DNA of 64,000 nt, taken from contig CM120646.1 in the NCBI GenBank assembly GCA_051362555.1, positions 7,812,001-7,876,000 of the forward strand. The letters run 5' to 3'. Origin of the DNA: Lingula anatina. Its lineage: Eukaryota; Animalia; Brachiopoda. Of this stretch, positions 50,300-62,588 are shown piece after piece; the first letter of the stretch is position 1; the number at the start of each line of letters is the position of its first letter. A program made the position numbers and the translations under genes. Below the pieces are notes generated by a model. It ran no database searches. It saw only the letters and a list, made by a program, of their open reading frames with translations, and was not told the origin of the DNA.

Positions 50300-52400
50300 G
50301 ATCACTTCTCCTCTTTAACCGAGCTCTTAGACTGTTAATTCACCGTATTTTCATATAGTGTTGTCACACTGTCAGGCTTCCCCTGTTGCACGCTGGAGTT
50401 GACTTGTCGTTGCACCAATGCTAGATATTTTCTCTTATTCTGTTGTTTATATAAACCTTTTCATTTAATTTTAAATATTTTCATCTCATTATCCATCGTG
50501 AGCTCTGACAAACGGATGGGTTTTTGCCCACAGCAGAATAATTTTTAAAGCAATTTGTTAGCTCATAATTATGACAGGGCGCCCTTTTTTGTCGCTGTTG
50601 CTTAAAAATGGACGTTAGTTTGGAGGTTTAATGCTTAGCTCTCATCGCGTTATATGTATGTACATCTAAACGTTAAGATGTCAATTCTATACTTGACTGT
50701 GATTGCCCGGTGTCGCACATGTGCTTTCTCACTACAGTGATCTAAAACAAGTCGCTAGCGCATTTAAATATAGCAAAATCTGTTCGACAGGACGTTTCTT
50801 CACGGCAGTCATGCAGACACACAGTAATTGTAAATGCATGGTTTTACCTTGTTTGAGAAAAGATAACGATCGCGTTTAACAATAAATTGCGAGCACAATA
50901 AGAACCCCCTCTTCTTTAATCGATGTTTACATTAGTCAGAGAAATGGAGGTCCACCCTATTTTTATGTCCGTCCCTTTCTATTACTACTAGGTAAAGGCC
51001 AGTGACATGAATGGTATGGTGAGCATATATAATTACTCCGTAAAATCGCCGATTTGTCGGTTCGTCTCTCTGGCGTAGTGATTGCGCCACCGCTAGATAT
51101 TTTCTCCTATTCTGTTGTTTATATAAACGGGGGATTTTTCCCAAGCATAATGATCTATTTTAAGCAATTTGTCTCATAACTATTTCAGGGTTTTTTTTCT
51201 CGTTGTTGTTTAAAAATGAACGTTAGTTTGTCGAGGCTTAATGCTTAACTCTTATCGCGTTAAATGTATTTGCATCTAAACGATAAAATGTCAATTTTAT
51301 ACTAGGCTAGTTATTGCCCGGGTGTCGCACGTATGCTTTCTTACTACAGTGATCTAAAACAAGTCGCTCGTGTATGTAAGTGTAGCAAAATCTGTTCGAC
51401 AGGACGTTTCTTCACGGCAGCTACACGGCAGACACAGTAATTGTAAAGGCATGATTTTACCTTGTTTGAGAAAATATAACAATCGCGTTTTACAATAAAT
51501 TGCGACCTATAGTAAGACCCCCCTCCTCTTTAACCGATGTCTTACACTGTTAATACACACTGTCAGACTGCCCACTGTTCCACGCTGGAGTACAATCGCC
51601 CTTGTTTCTCTTATTCTGTTGTTAATATAACAATATTAAATATAAAAATATTTTCATCTATTTTTGAAAATTATCATCTCATCACCCATTGTACGCTCTG
51701 AGAAACGAGGGATTTAGCAATTTGTCTCATAACTATGACATGGCGCCCTTTTTTCTTGTCGTTGATTAATAATGGACGTTAACGAGCTTTAATGCTTAGC
51801 TCTCATCGCGTTATATGTATGTGCATCTAAACGATAAGATGTCAATTATATACTTGACTGTTATTGCCCAGTGTCGTTCGTATGCTTTCTCACTACAGTG
51901 ATCTAAAACAAGTCTCTAGTGTACTTAAATATAGCAAAAGCGGTTCGACAGGACGTTTCTTTACTGCAGTCGGACACACAGTAATTGTAAAGGCATGGTT
52001 TTACCTTGTTTGAGAAAAAGATAACAATAGATTACGAGCTAAAGTACCCCCCCACCCCCCCCACTCCTCTGTAACCGATGTCTTACACTGTTAATACACA
52101 CTGTCAGACTTCCCCCTGTACCACGCTGGAGTTCATTTGCCCTTGCGCCACTGCTATATATTTTCTTCTATTCTGTTGTTTATATAAATTTTTTCATTTA
52201 TTTTTGAATATTTTCTTCTCATCACCAATTGTGCGCTCTAAAAAACGGGGGATTTTTCCCACAGCATAATGGTCTATTTTAAGCAGTTTGTCTCATAACT
52301 ATGACAGGGCGGTTTTTTTCTCGTTGTTGTTTAAAAATGAACGTTAGTTAGTTGAGGCTTAATGCTTAACTCTTGTCGCGTTATATGTATGTGCATCTAA
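50300..52400. repeat. Large-period tandem repeat (about 550-640 bp, about 3.5 copies); an inverted partial copy lies at about 41960-42290
   Basis: actacagtgatctaaaacaagtc at about 50731, 51343 and 51892. Confidence 0.8.
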
Positions 52401-53250
52401 ATTAAAGGGAGTAATGAGGCAATTAAGGGTAACAGTAAAATTATCAAGGGTTACATGGACGAGTGAGATCATCTGTTTAACCCACCTCTACCTGGAGATT
52501 TACTTTGATCAGGTTTTGATAAAATTATCTGTACTTCTAATTCTAATATTTTTCGGACTTGTACTCCGTGAAAATAATTTGTTTAATGAAATTATTTTAT
52601 CTGTCGTCGAGTTGCAACATCACACCAGAGAAGTCTCTACTTCTATGATCACACTAAGAGATTTTCATAAAATGGATGAAAAGGTTTGAAATGCATACTT
52701 TTTACTTTATACTTGTATATAAATCTATATTCTTCTGGGGGCATCGTCCAGGGAGGGAATTGTCCTGGGGGGTGGGATTGTCAGGGGGGGGGGGGGGTTG
52801 ACCGGGGGGAATTGTCCTGATATCTTGTTAGGTGTTACGACCAAGGAATACTCTGATAGCCTACATACATGTATGATAGCACGAAAAAACTTTGAGACGG
52901 TATTGGGACACAAAATGGCAGATCAACATTTTGAGACTTCTTCCCCTCACCATAGCCTATATCCTCTGGCAGTGCAGAATGTGTAAGCAAAAGCAAATAA
53001 GATCCTAAAGACGAAACTGTCTTTCGGGGTACATTTAGGTTCTTTCCGTGTTTTTTTTTTTCCACGTATGGTGTGTTTAATTATATATTTTGTATTAGCT
53101 TTTCTGTTACTGTAAGTTCTTATTACTCTCAATCAAAACAAAAAACTGTATAGCTTGGCCCTATATGCAGCCAACCTACTCAACATGCATGTACTCAACA
53201 TACTAATAAAGATCAGTTACAACTTAGTTGATATTTTCACATTTACTTAC

Positions 53251-53330
53251 ATAATTGTATTATTTTAAGACCCTCTGCTGGAGTTGTAATAGTTGGATTA
53301 TTGAGTATGGTACCATTTTTGCAGTAATAG
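53251..53330 (-). pseudogene. Isolated 3' end of a V exon (YYCKNGTILNNPTITTPAEGLKIIQL) with its own donor
   Basis: Aligns to YYCKVTTILSNPMAITPAQTLKLV and ends T|gtaagt. No acceptor seen. Confidence 0.65.
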
Positions 53331-53600
53331 TTTGAATTCGAACAGGGATTGCAATCATGATTTGATAATTGCGCTTATGGAAACTAATAGGTGGGTTGAA
53401 AAGGGCTTATATTCTATGTGTAAAGAACACGCAGGTTTAAATCGGAATTTTATTATTTAGAAATGTGAATCAACACCTTTTTAAGACTGCCTCTCCTCCC
53501 GGTTGATTCTAACATTATGCAATCATACTATATCTGTAAAAAGATTTTTTTGGCAAAAACATTCCATTTCTATGCGTGTGAATGTCATTGTTTTACTTAC

Positions 53601-53975
53601 ATACTAATTTGAGGGTCTGCGCTGGGGTTATTGCCATGGGATTACTAAGTATGGTGGTTACTTTGCAGTAATAGCTTCCCTCATCTGCCAACGTGACTAT
53701 GCCAATTGTCACCGTGAATGATGGATCAGAGGCTGTAACCGTCACGTCAGTTCTAGTGGCAAAGGAGTTCGTCTGCCGGAAACTTCCGTCAGCTATTACT
53801 ATTGCCACTATTTGGTCTGAATCAGTCGTTCCATCTTTGTAGAAATACACGACCTGCATCGTCTCTCCGGGATCTACTGTGTAACTGCACACAAGGTCCA
53901 CTGCTGGTGGGATGCCGCTTTCAGGATTCATGACCAACCCATTAGAAGGTAATTCAGCTAATGTAGCCTCTAAAC
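53601..53975 (-). CDS. Gene 2 V-set exon V1 (N-terminal), 375 bp
   Basis: ttatatag|GT ... T|gtaagt. LEATLAELPSNGL...ADEGSYYC. Confidence 0.9.
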
Positions 53976-54887
53976 CTATATAATAAGAATAAAGAATAAC
54001 ATTAAAGAACTACATTAAAAATCCTGGGAAATGTTTAACAATAAATCCCTCAATTATTCAGTTTGTATTCCGAAGAGTAGATTTTAGTGTTGAGTGCCAT
54101 AATGTTATCTGATGTGATAAAATGTGATGTATCAATCAATGTAATTGGTTTATATTGTAAAATACAAGTTCACTCATTTGTGTTTGTGTTTTGTGTTGAC
54201 ATCCATCAGATCAATTTGATGTTACAAAAAGCAGTACAACAGCACGTCTTCATTATTCTCCGTGGTGTTGCCTGTAGCCGCCGGTACTTCCTGTATAATA
54301 CAGAGTATAATTCATTCATTTAATCGACTAATGTAGCCTCTCCACCTATATTATCAGAAAAAAGAATAGAGATATTACTTTTATCTTATGAAGCATTTTA
54401 GCCTGTGACGATTGACAAAAATCACGGTGTATCATTCCCAACTACACTTTACGTCTTCATTTGGTTCGGATCTTATAATACTAGCTTTTTGCATTTGTGT
54501 TGTTTGGACGTAGACAAGTCTTAAATTGTTACGACTATAGCTTGGGTATTTCATCGAGTTCGGACCAGTAAAATGAGGTCATGTCTGTTTATGAAATTTT
54601 CTGCAATGATCCATCTTAACTCAATCGATTGCTAAGCATTTATACCAAGAAGTAATTATGAGACCCCTCCCTGCCAAAATGAAGCTTTTTTACTTCATAC
54701 CCATTAAAGAGTAATGATCAAGAGTTATTTTGTTTCGATGAGGAATGTGCCATTAATGTTAATACATTGAGGCGTGGGATTTGAGGAGGACGCATGCCCC
54801 TATCTATAGTTTCGGCCTAGGACAAGCTGAAATAATTTTAAGATGACTAACACACAAGCATCGTAAATCTTCAGTTTTACTACCTAC

Positions 54888-54942
54888 CTTTTGTTGAATA
54901 TGGAGCCACACAGAGCAGCACAAAAAGGCACAATCCCTTCAT
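54888..54942 (-). CDS. Gene 2 signal-peptide exon (MKGLCLFVLLCVAPYSTK-G), 55 bp
   Basis: aaaacATG at 54942, phase-1 donor G|gtaggt. Confidence 0.85.
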
Positions 54943-55177
54943 GTTTTTCCTTTATGTTACCTTTCGTCGTAAGTTCCTCGATACTTCGCGGGGTTTTTAT
55001 TGAGAGCTAAATATAGCATCCCCATAAACATAATAATACAGAGGTGCAACTAACACAATAATAAACTTATCTGTATTAACGGGGCACTTTAGCACAGCTG
55101 CATCTGAAGTCAATTCCTTTACAACGAAACACCTGTAAAAAGTTAATTTGCCTATTTCCACAAAGTAGTAAAAATTA

Positions 55178-55750
55178 AAGCCTAGGTAACATTTGAAATG
55201 CGATGAATGGTGCACGTATACTACCCGTAATTCCCTTTTCGTACGGCGTCTGAATGTGGGTAGACGGTGGCCGTGCGAAATTGCACCTAATCGTACTTAT
55301 TTAAGCCCTCCGCAGTCTCAACGATTTTGTCAAACTGTACCTTTTCACAATTTTTTTAAATCGTGAGCCCGTACACTGTAACAATATTGAGATGGCATTG
55401 CGCAATCCCCGCACGGGATTTTACGGGTATTGTACGGTGGACTTCTGGTCCTGCGATATGGAGCTGTCAAAATTTATAATCCTTGTTTAAGCTTGGGTCC
55501 CAACTCTACGTACGATTTTCAGGTCGTACGTAGTTTTAAGCCTCGGTCACAACCGGACGCACGAATTTCAAATTGGCCGGCCAGATTTTCGCTACGACCT
55601 GTCTGCGACAATTAGAACGCCTGGAGCACGCTCGTAGCACGCAAGACAAAAGCACTGAGTAAGTGCGCTAGGCGTGCGTGTAACGCAGGAAAAGCATGCA
55701 GAAATTCCGGGGTATTTTACCACGAAGACGTACTTACCACGCAAGAGATT
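55178..55750. mobile_element. MITE-like insertions immediately 5' of gene 2, including an about 170 bp near-exact copy of 56481-56654
   Basis: Homology to the other genes' upstream region stops at about 55178. The segment tggccggccag...cttaccacgcaagaga is duplicated. Confidence 0.6.
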
Positions 55751-56340
55751 CTTGGCCTTAGTACTGCCATAAGTGCCCTGCATAGTACATTTACCTAACT
55801 ATTGTTTTAAAGTAATATATCTTACATGTATGATATATATTAATAAACAAATTTGTTAATAAACAAATGTGCCAAACGAGTTAAATGTGCCAAACGAGTT
55901 ATAGCTAACTAGCATAAATACAACCATGTTACATTTAGCCAATGCTTAAATCTGCTTCATTAGTCAGGAAAAGATTAAAAAAACTATTAGGGGGGGGGGA
56001 CAGGGTTGGGTTTGAATAACTTTACCAAAATTCACCTTAAAATTTTCATTCCTGAATAATGCACTACTTAAGGTGGTGAATATTACTAGACAAGTGAGGG
56101 AGAGCATTAACTGTCTCCTGAATAACTGAACCCATATGCCTCTGATTAGCAGGTCTTCCAGAGGCAAAGTAGCACTGTCCAATTAGGTGCCCCCCTTAAT
56201 TCTGTCTCACAATTGCCGATTGAAAGTAATTAAGTCTAAGTGTGAAAAACACTACAAGAATGAAGACAAGTGGTTGGGGAGGTTGGAGGGTGTACAAATA
56301 ACAATAAACAAACGTAAGTCATAATAGAGTGCAGCTGCTA

Positions 56341-57332
56341 AAGCTACTCTTACAACCGGTCGTGCGTGCTTCTACGAGCGGTTTGCGTGCAAAAAATTGG
56401 CAAAGTAGCAAGATACACGCACGTGGAACGTACTGTTTTTGGTGGACGAAAACACGACGCAAAGCACGCAGCCCGAAAACTGGCCGGCCAGTTTTTCGCT
56501 ACGACCTGTCTGCGACAATTAGAACGCCTGGAGCACGCTCGTAGCACGCAAGACAAAAGTACTGAGTAAGTGCGCTAGGCGTGCGTGTAACGCAGGAAAA
56601 GCATGCAGAAATTCCGGGGTATTTTACCACGAAGACGTACTTACCACGCAAGAGACTCGTACGTTCAACTTGCTTTCAATGTACGTGTTAACGAGAAGGG
56701 GGTGAGCGCACTTCCTCCGTGCGTTTATCACATTTCCATTGCGTGGCGAGTACTACTATCATACTTGTGAAGTGCGTCACACTAAGACGACGCACGTGCC
56801 CAGCACGATTAAAGTGCAGGCGATCCCGAGCAACCACTGCAAGAATTGCGTCACGATCTTCGGCCTCCTCTAGCATTAGCAGCTGTAGAAGTCGATAGCG
56901 CATCCTTCTTGGAAGTGCCATTTTGGAAGCCAAAACAGTGAATGATGAAGAGACTCGGTGCTCCCTTTTATATTATTTTGATTATCCGTGCGTTCCACTT
57001 CCGTGCTTATTACGTTTCTCTTACGTTTCTCTTACTTCGTAAGTACGATTTCTGAAAACGTACGCTTCACTTGCAATACACGTATGATTATCTCACTCAC
57101 TGTGTGCGACACAAGTACAGATCGTACGTGCTCCTTACTTCTTCCTACTTCCAAAAAAAGGCGTACAGACCACTTGCGGGCCCCACGTTTAGAGCACAAC
57201 ACACCTACTCATAAAGTGCTTACTACTTCGTCCGCTGCGATTTAATTTTCATCCTGCGACAACGCTACGTCTGACAAGAACTCCGAGGACGCACGATCTC
57301 TAAGCACGCACGACGGGTTGTATGAGAGGCTT
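56341..57332. mobile_element. About 1 kb non-autonomous DNA transposon (PIF/Harbinger-like)
   Basis: Imperfect TIR aagctactcttacaaccggtcgtgcgtgctt / aagcacgcacgacgggttgtatgagaggctt. Internal ORF 56688-56933 may be a remnant of a transposase N-terminus (inference). Confidence 0.65.
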
Positions 57333-57389
57333 AAAACTGCGGGTAAATATTTCCGCAGCTATAATTGACTTCTCACTAATGCAGCTCGA

Positions 57390-58371
57390 TATTGACCCAT
57401 TAGAGCCTGCGTCATCAAAACAAACGGCAGCCATTCTGGAGGGAGACCGGAATCGTCTGCTGCGCATGAACAAGCCATGTCTGTAGTTCAGTTTTCGTTT
57501 TCTGTATTTTCTTTGATATTTAACCGAGCAAAATGATGAATTACTGCAGGTTATTTGATCGAGAGAAGATAACTAACTTTACAAGCGTTCACAGGCTCCC
57601 TGCAGTGGTAACAATCCATGGTGAAGGAACTAAAACCATAAACGGAGGAGAGACGGCGAGGTGGCTTTGAATCAAGACTCTTCGGAAAAGTAAAGGATAA
57701 AACTAATTTATTTTATAGCAAAGAATGAAGAGCCAGCGGTGCAGATTTTACCATAAAAGAAAAAACAGTAGAAAACCAAAGACCTAGGTGTGTACATTTG
57801 GGGCGCACGTACACTACATATATATTTAAAGTAGTGCCCAAAAAGTTTGGGTGGAGAGTGTGTTAATCAGTTAAAACGTGTGGAAATACCCAGGCGGGGT
57901 TTCGACTTTTATAATGAAGACTCACCTATTGCCTTGGGTGTAATTTGTTATCAGTTACGGTGCTCTCTAGATTTTATCGGCTGTCACCTACCTCTTTAAT
58001 ACCTGGTTAGCATTATTGCCAATTAGTGTCAAGGCTATATTTGTACTGTACACAGCTGAGCTGGGACAATTAAATCAATTACTTGTATGAGGTGCATTTG
58101 GAAGTTAGTGGCTTAATTTTCGATTTGGTGTAGTGATAAGAGTAATTTTATTTTGCAAGTAAATTCTACCTCAGGTGTAATTGACATATAACCTCATGAA
58201 ATGAATTTGCACTTTCCTCTGTAAAAATGTTAAATTCTGCTCCTTTCAACTGTAATGTTGTAAGTTACAATACGAATAAAAATCACTATTGTCATCTTTC
58301 TATTAATTTACATTTAGGAAATTGACTGGCATTTCCCACCAAGCCACACTGATTGGGCGCAAGTGAATTAT

Positions 58372-58424
<53 letters not shown>

Positions 58425-59192
58425 AGAAATGAAGATCAATTCATGAACTGAATTATTGTTATTTTACATTGGACATCATGAATACATAAGTGTGAAAAAT
58501 GCCTTGCTTCTGTGAATGACTGAATAATAATAAAATCCTAACATGTTGCTTATATGAATGGTTGCATGGTGAATAATAAACTCTCTCAAACAACAGTCTT
58601 GTTACATGTACTTTCTAATGAACCAATATGAAGTACAAGAATGTTGAAATAATTTCTGACAGCCTCACGATGTAGAGATAAGTCATAACTGACAGCAATA
58701 TTTCATGTCATACTTTATGACAATCCTGCATACATTCTTCCTTGAGTCCACAAGGGTTTATCCTGATGATCAGCTCAAATTTCTCCTTATATCTATCCTT
58801 TATGAAAAAAGTTGCTTCTATGTAAGGTTAAACTTATGATTACACATTAAACTCTCTCAAACTATAACTGTTATTACCCAATGAACAAGAAAAATGAAGT
58901 ACAAGATAACTGAACTATCTTCTGACAACACGATGTTGGATAAGTAGCATTTGGTAGGATATCATGTTTTTAGACTGTCTTGAGTTCATATTGGTCGATC
59001 CTGCTGAGCAGCTGAAGCTTCAGCTTGTATATATCCTTTTCCCTTTGGTGTACTTGATCGCGATATGAAGTTTATTTTATTTTATTTGGTTCACCTATAT
59101 TACCGCTACTATTCCCCGTCGTTCATTCCCTCCAGCATGGCCGCGGGACTAGTGTTACGGAGCAAATATGACGTCACTGTAATGGGTTAATA
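57390..59192. mobile_element. About 1.8 kb element with short TIRs and an internal 50-nt poly(A)
   Basis: tattgacccatta / taatgggttaata ends. tgcagctcgata is repeated at both flanks. Poly(A) at 58373-58422. Confidence 0.5.
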
Positions 59193-60026
59193 GTGCAGCT
59201 CGATAGAATTAGTCACCAAAACGTCTTTCATGAAATATAAATGCGTGTGCCTAGATACAGAGCAGCTAAGACATTCCATAACCCTGGACATCTGTTATCA
59301 CCTTGCCTTGGTCAACTACTTAAGGTCAAAATGTGCAGACACAGTCCACCCCCTCCCCCCTCCAGGCTGTACGTCTCTCGTACAACCTTTCTCTGGTCAC
59401 TCTCATACAGAGGTGAGACGCCTCTTTCTACACCACGCTGAGGTGAGACGCCTCACGCAGTACGCTATACACGGCTACGCACACTCACTCCATCAGATAT
59501 AACTATAAACGGATATATCATATCACTCCTTCACATAAGCGTAACGGAGGAAAATCCAAGGGAAGTAGAGCATTAACTCTTAAACCCGAGCGTCCCACAA
59601 ACCATCTCAAAGCTTTTAACTAGGGGCGCTGTCAAAACACACGTCCCCAGGGGCCCAGCCTTGGATCGTGTTATTTTGCTTAGAGGTAGTTAAACCAAGG
59701 CATGAGCCGACCACCCCCAAACACGAGTCGACCTCCGACTCCCGAGCCATTCACACGCTCAATTCATACCGTCCAGCTCGTATCCCTTTTGTTATGGAGG
59801 AGAACTCCTTAACAAGATACAGCATCTTAGACTGAACGGTGTTTCTGGATACCCATCCTACTTGACACAAGCGAGACACTTGTGATCAAGCATGATACTA
59901 TGAAGCCGAAATGGCTCGTATCATTCACCATGGCGAGACACCATTGATGAAAACTCACTAAACAAAGGCGAGACACCTTTGCTTACCAACCCCCCACGTC
60001 CCTGAATTTTTTTTTATCTCAGACTC

Positions 60027-60071
60027 TGCAGCTGATGAAGGTCACTTGTTGACCGAAAAGCGCTTTCTGCA
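60027..60071 (+). ncRNA. Minimal type I hammerhead ribozyme of the Penelope-like element type
   Basis: TGCAG-CTGATGA-A-GGTC-acttgtt-GACC-GAA-AAGCGCTT-T-CTGCA: stem I TGCAG/CTGCA, stem II GGTC/GACC, palindromic stem III AAGCGCTT. Confidence 0.7.
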
Positions 60072-60852
60072 ACCAGTTCACCCTCCCCCTTCCCTCGACA
60101 GGCGAGACGCCTCTATCGTGCCAATCACGAAATGCCCTTTTCAGGGCACCCTATGTAGATCGGTATCTATAAATCTCATACTATGTAGGTGAGACACCTA
60201 CCTTCCTATCAGAGACGATCTTTCCTAATAATAAAGGCGAGAAAATACACGTCCTCAGAGGCCCAGCTCTGAATCGTGTTATTTTGGTAAAGTGGAATCT
60301 AACTAGGGCATAAGCCGACCACCCCCAACACCAAGTCTGGACTTGAGATTCTGTTGACTTTTGTTTTAGAAAAACAAAAAAAAAACAAAAACATTTACTT
60401 GTGTCTATGAACTGTGAACATTGCAATGTGTTGGAGACAAAGACAACACGGACAGTGAACTGATTATGTTTATTAGCAACTTAAAAAAATAACTGAAAGA
60501 TATTTTTAATTAAAAAAGGGAGATGTTGTATATTATAAAGGTAATTAACATATATCCCACAATGCATTGTTCCTTCTCTACCGGTTAGCTAGCATGCCCA
60601 CATGTGGCTGGATGTCATTTAATAAATGAGTTATAAAAAAGTAAACATAACAAACAGAAGAAAACGACAGCAAGAAGTATAATACTTTGGTGATTGTATA
60701 TCACATATTAATCTTCCTTTTCAAGTCCTTCTGTTATAAATGGAACACTGTTGACATCTTTAATTACAAAAAAAGTACAGGTTAAGAGGTTCCTGACTAT
60801 AACGAAACGTCTTCAACCTTGGAAAGTTAAATCAAGGATCATCCTTGGAAAG

Positions 60853-61235
60853 TTAAATCTGCTTAGAGTCACCAGTACCATTGGTGGCAGTCGACGGCAA
60901 TTGGTTCTCATCAAGTTCCATGTATTGCCCATCTGAACAGTTATCTTGCCGAAGTTCTTCGTATCTATTCGCCAATGCAGTATCGTCATAATTCACATAA
61001 ACCCCATCAAAACCAGAGGAATGATCTGTTTGGCGCTTTGCAGAAACATGGTTATTGACGTTGTTGGAGTGTTCTGTTACATTGTTTGTAATAACACTGC
61101 CATGTTGCTGTTCAGATACTTGTGATTTGAGTCTCCTGGACAATGACCGAATGCGGAATACATGGTATGCGATTATGCAAAAAAGGCACATTGTTAACAC
61201 GATCAAAGCGATCGATACTGTTCTCCAACCATTGC
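60853..61235 (-). CDS. Gene 1 terminal exon: TM plus cytoplasmic tail with YVN and ITAM-like YEEL-x9-YMEL
   Basis: Acceptor ttgtattgcag|GC, then GNGWRTVSIALIVLTMCLFCIIAYHVFRIRSLSRRLK. Close paralogue of 11799-12196 with the stop at the same position. Confidence 0.85.
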
Positions 61236-62588
61236 CTGCAATACAAAAGATATTGTTTAAACTGGTAGCCGAGTTGAATCATTTCTGACTTTTGTTAACT
61301 GAAACATAATATACATTTTCGTAGTCATTTTATAGTGTCATTATAGTGTCTGTAACTAAACATGGCGACAAGTTTTGGTTGCTCGTCATGAAATCATTTA
61401 ACAAAGAATGAGGCGTCGGAACCACTGTTAGAAAAAAATTGCGGTAAACTTTCACTTGAGTAATACTATGTAGAACATTAAAGATGAAAATATTTACTGA
61501 TGAACATTTTATATTCATTTTAAAGCATAAAAAATTCAAAATTAAACATTTCCTATTTTATTTGACATTTTCTGATGAAAGTGCACCTTTGTATAGTCTT
61601 TTGATAACAGCCGTAAAGAAAATTAAAGAAAATTCTACAGAAAATTAAAATGCAGAAACAAAACATTCGGTCACACAGTGAATTTCCTCAGCGTGTGGTA
61701 TTATGAGACTGAACGTTACCTACCAATGTAACATTAATTGTATCAGTCCATACAGTAGTTACACGTGCGCTTCGATTATTGATATTTTTTTACATTTTAT
61801 TGGTGTCAAACAGTTCTAGTATCAGTGTTTGTAATTGTGACATTTCGTTACATTAAAATCTCTTAATTAGCATTATAATAAAATAAAATCACATTATGTA
61901 TAATTGTGTTAACAGCAAAATAACCATCAATTTTTAATGGTAATATAAAAGTATAATGGATATTCAGAAAATGTGACTTGAAAAGGTCTTCAAGCCAGTG
62001 GAAGCTCAAAGTCACACCTTGATAATGTCATTGTCATTTTCAAAAAAAACTGTATAACTTCCGGAAAATTAACTAATGAGACAGATATTCCAACTGTAGT
62101 TGTATTTCAGTCCTATGCTTATTTCCTGTAAGTGTGAGACAGAATAATGGGCATGGTTTTCCTTTAACGGTCACTATGATCGTGTTCACTTTATGCGGCA
62201 ATCGAATTTTAGTAGCGTTAGAGGCTATTATTGTACCTCGGGACACCCAAATATTGTGTTGCATTTGCTAAAGCCTCGAGTTAGCAGGTGGGCGCAATCG
62301 CCATCACTTGCGTGCCGATGCAGTTCGCGACGCTTTCGAATTATAGAGACCATTATCAAGTAGAATTTCACAATCAGTTACTAGAACCCCCTGAGCCTAC
62401 TGAGTGGTGTACCCCTCAGTTTGTGTTCCGCAGTGATCTATGGTGAAATTTATATCTGCATGATCATCCAAATGGCTATGCCAGATAAAGCGTGAGAATT
62501 AAATTAAACCAACGAGTACTTAATGATTGGGTTGAAAAGTTTTATTATGTTTTGTAGCAAAAGAAATTTCACTTCGAATTGCACCTAC

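Noticed and set aside
52735-52820. G-rich tract with G-quadruplex potential
   Set aside because: Looks like a fragment of a ggggggaattgtcc-type interspersed repeat in an intron and is absent from the paralogous 17.2 kb segment. No support for function.
58373-58422. 50-nt poly(A) (also poly(C) at about 49306-49336 and poly(T) at about 5622-5654 and 32624-32655)
   Set aside because: No associated retrocopy or TSD is recognisable, and homopolymer lengths may be sequencing artefacts.
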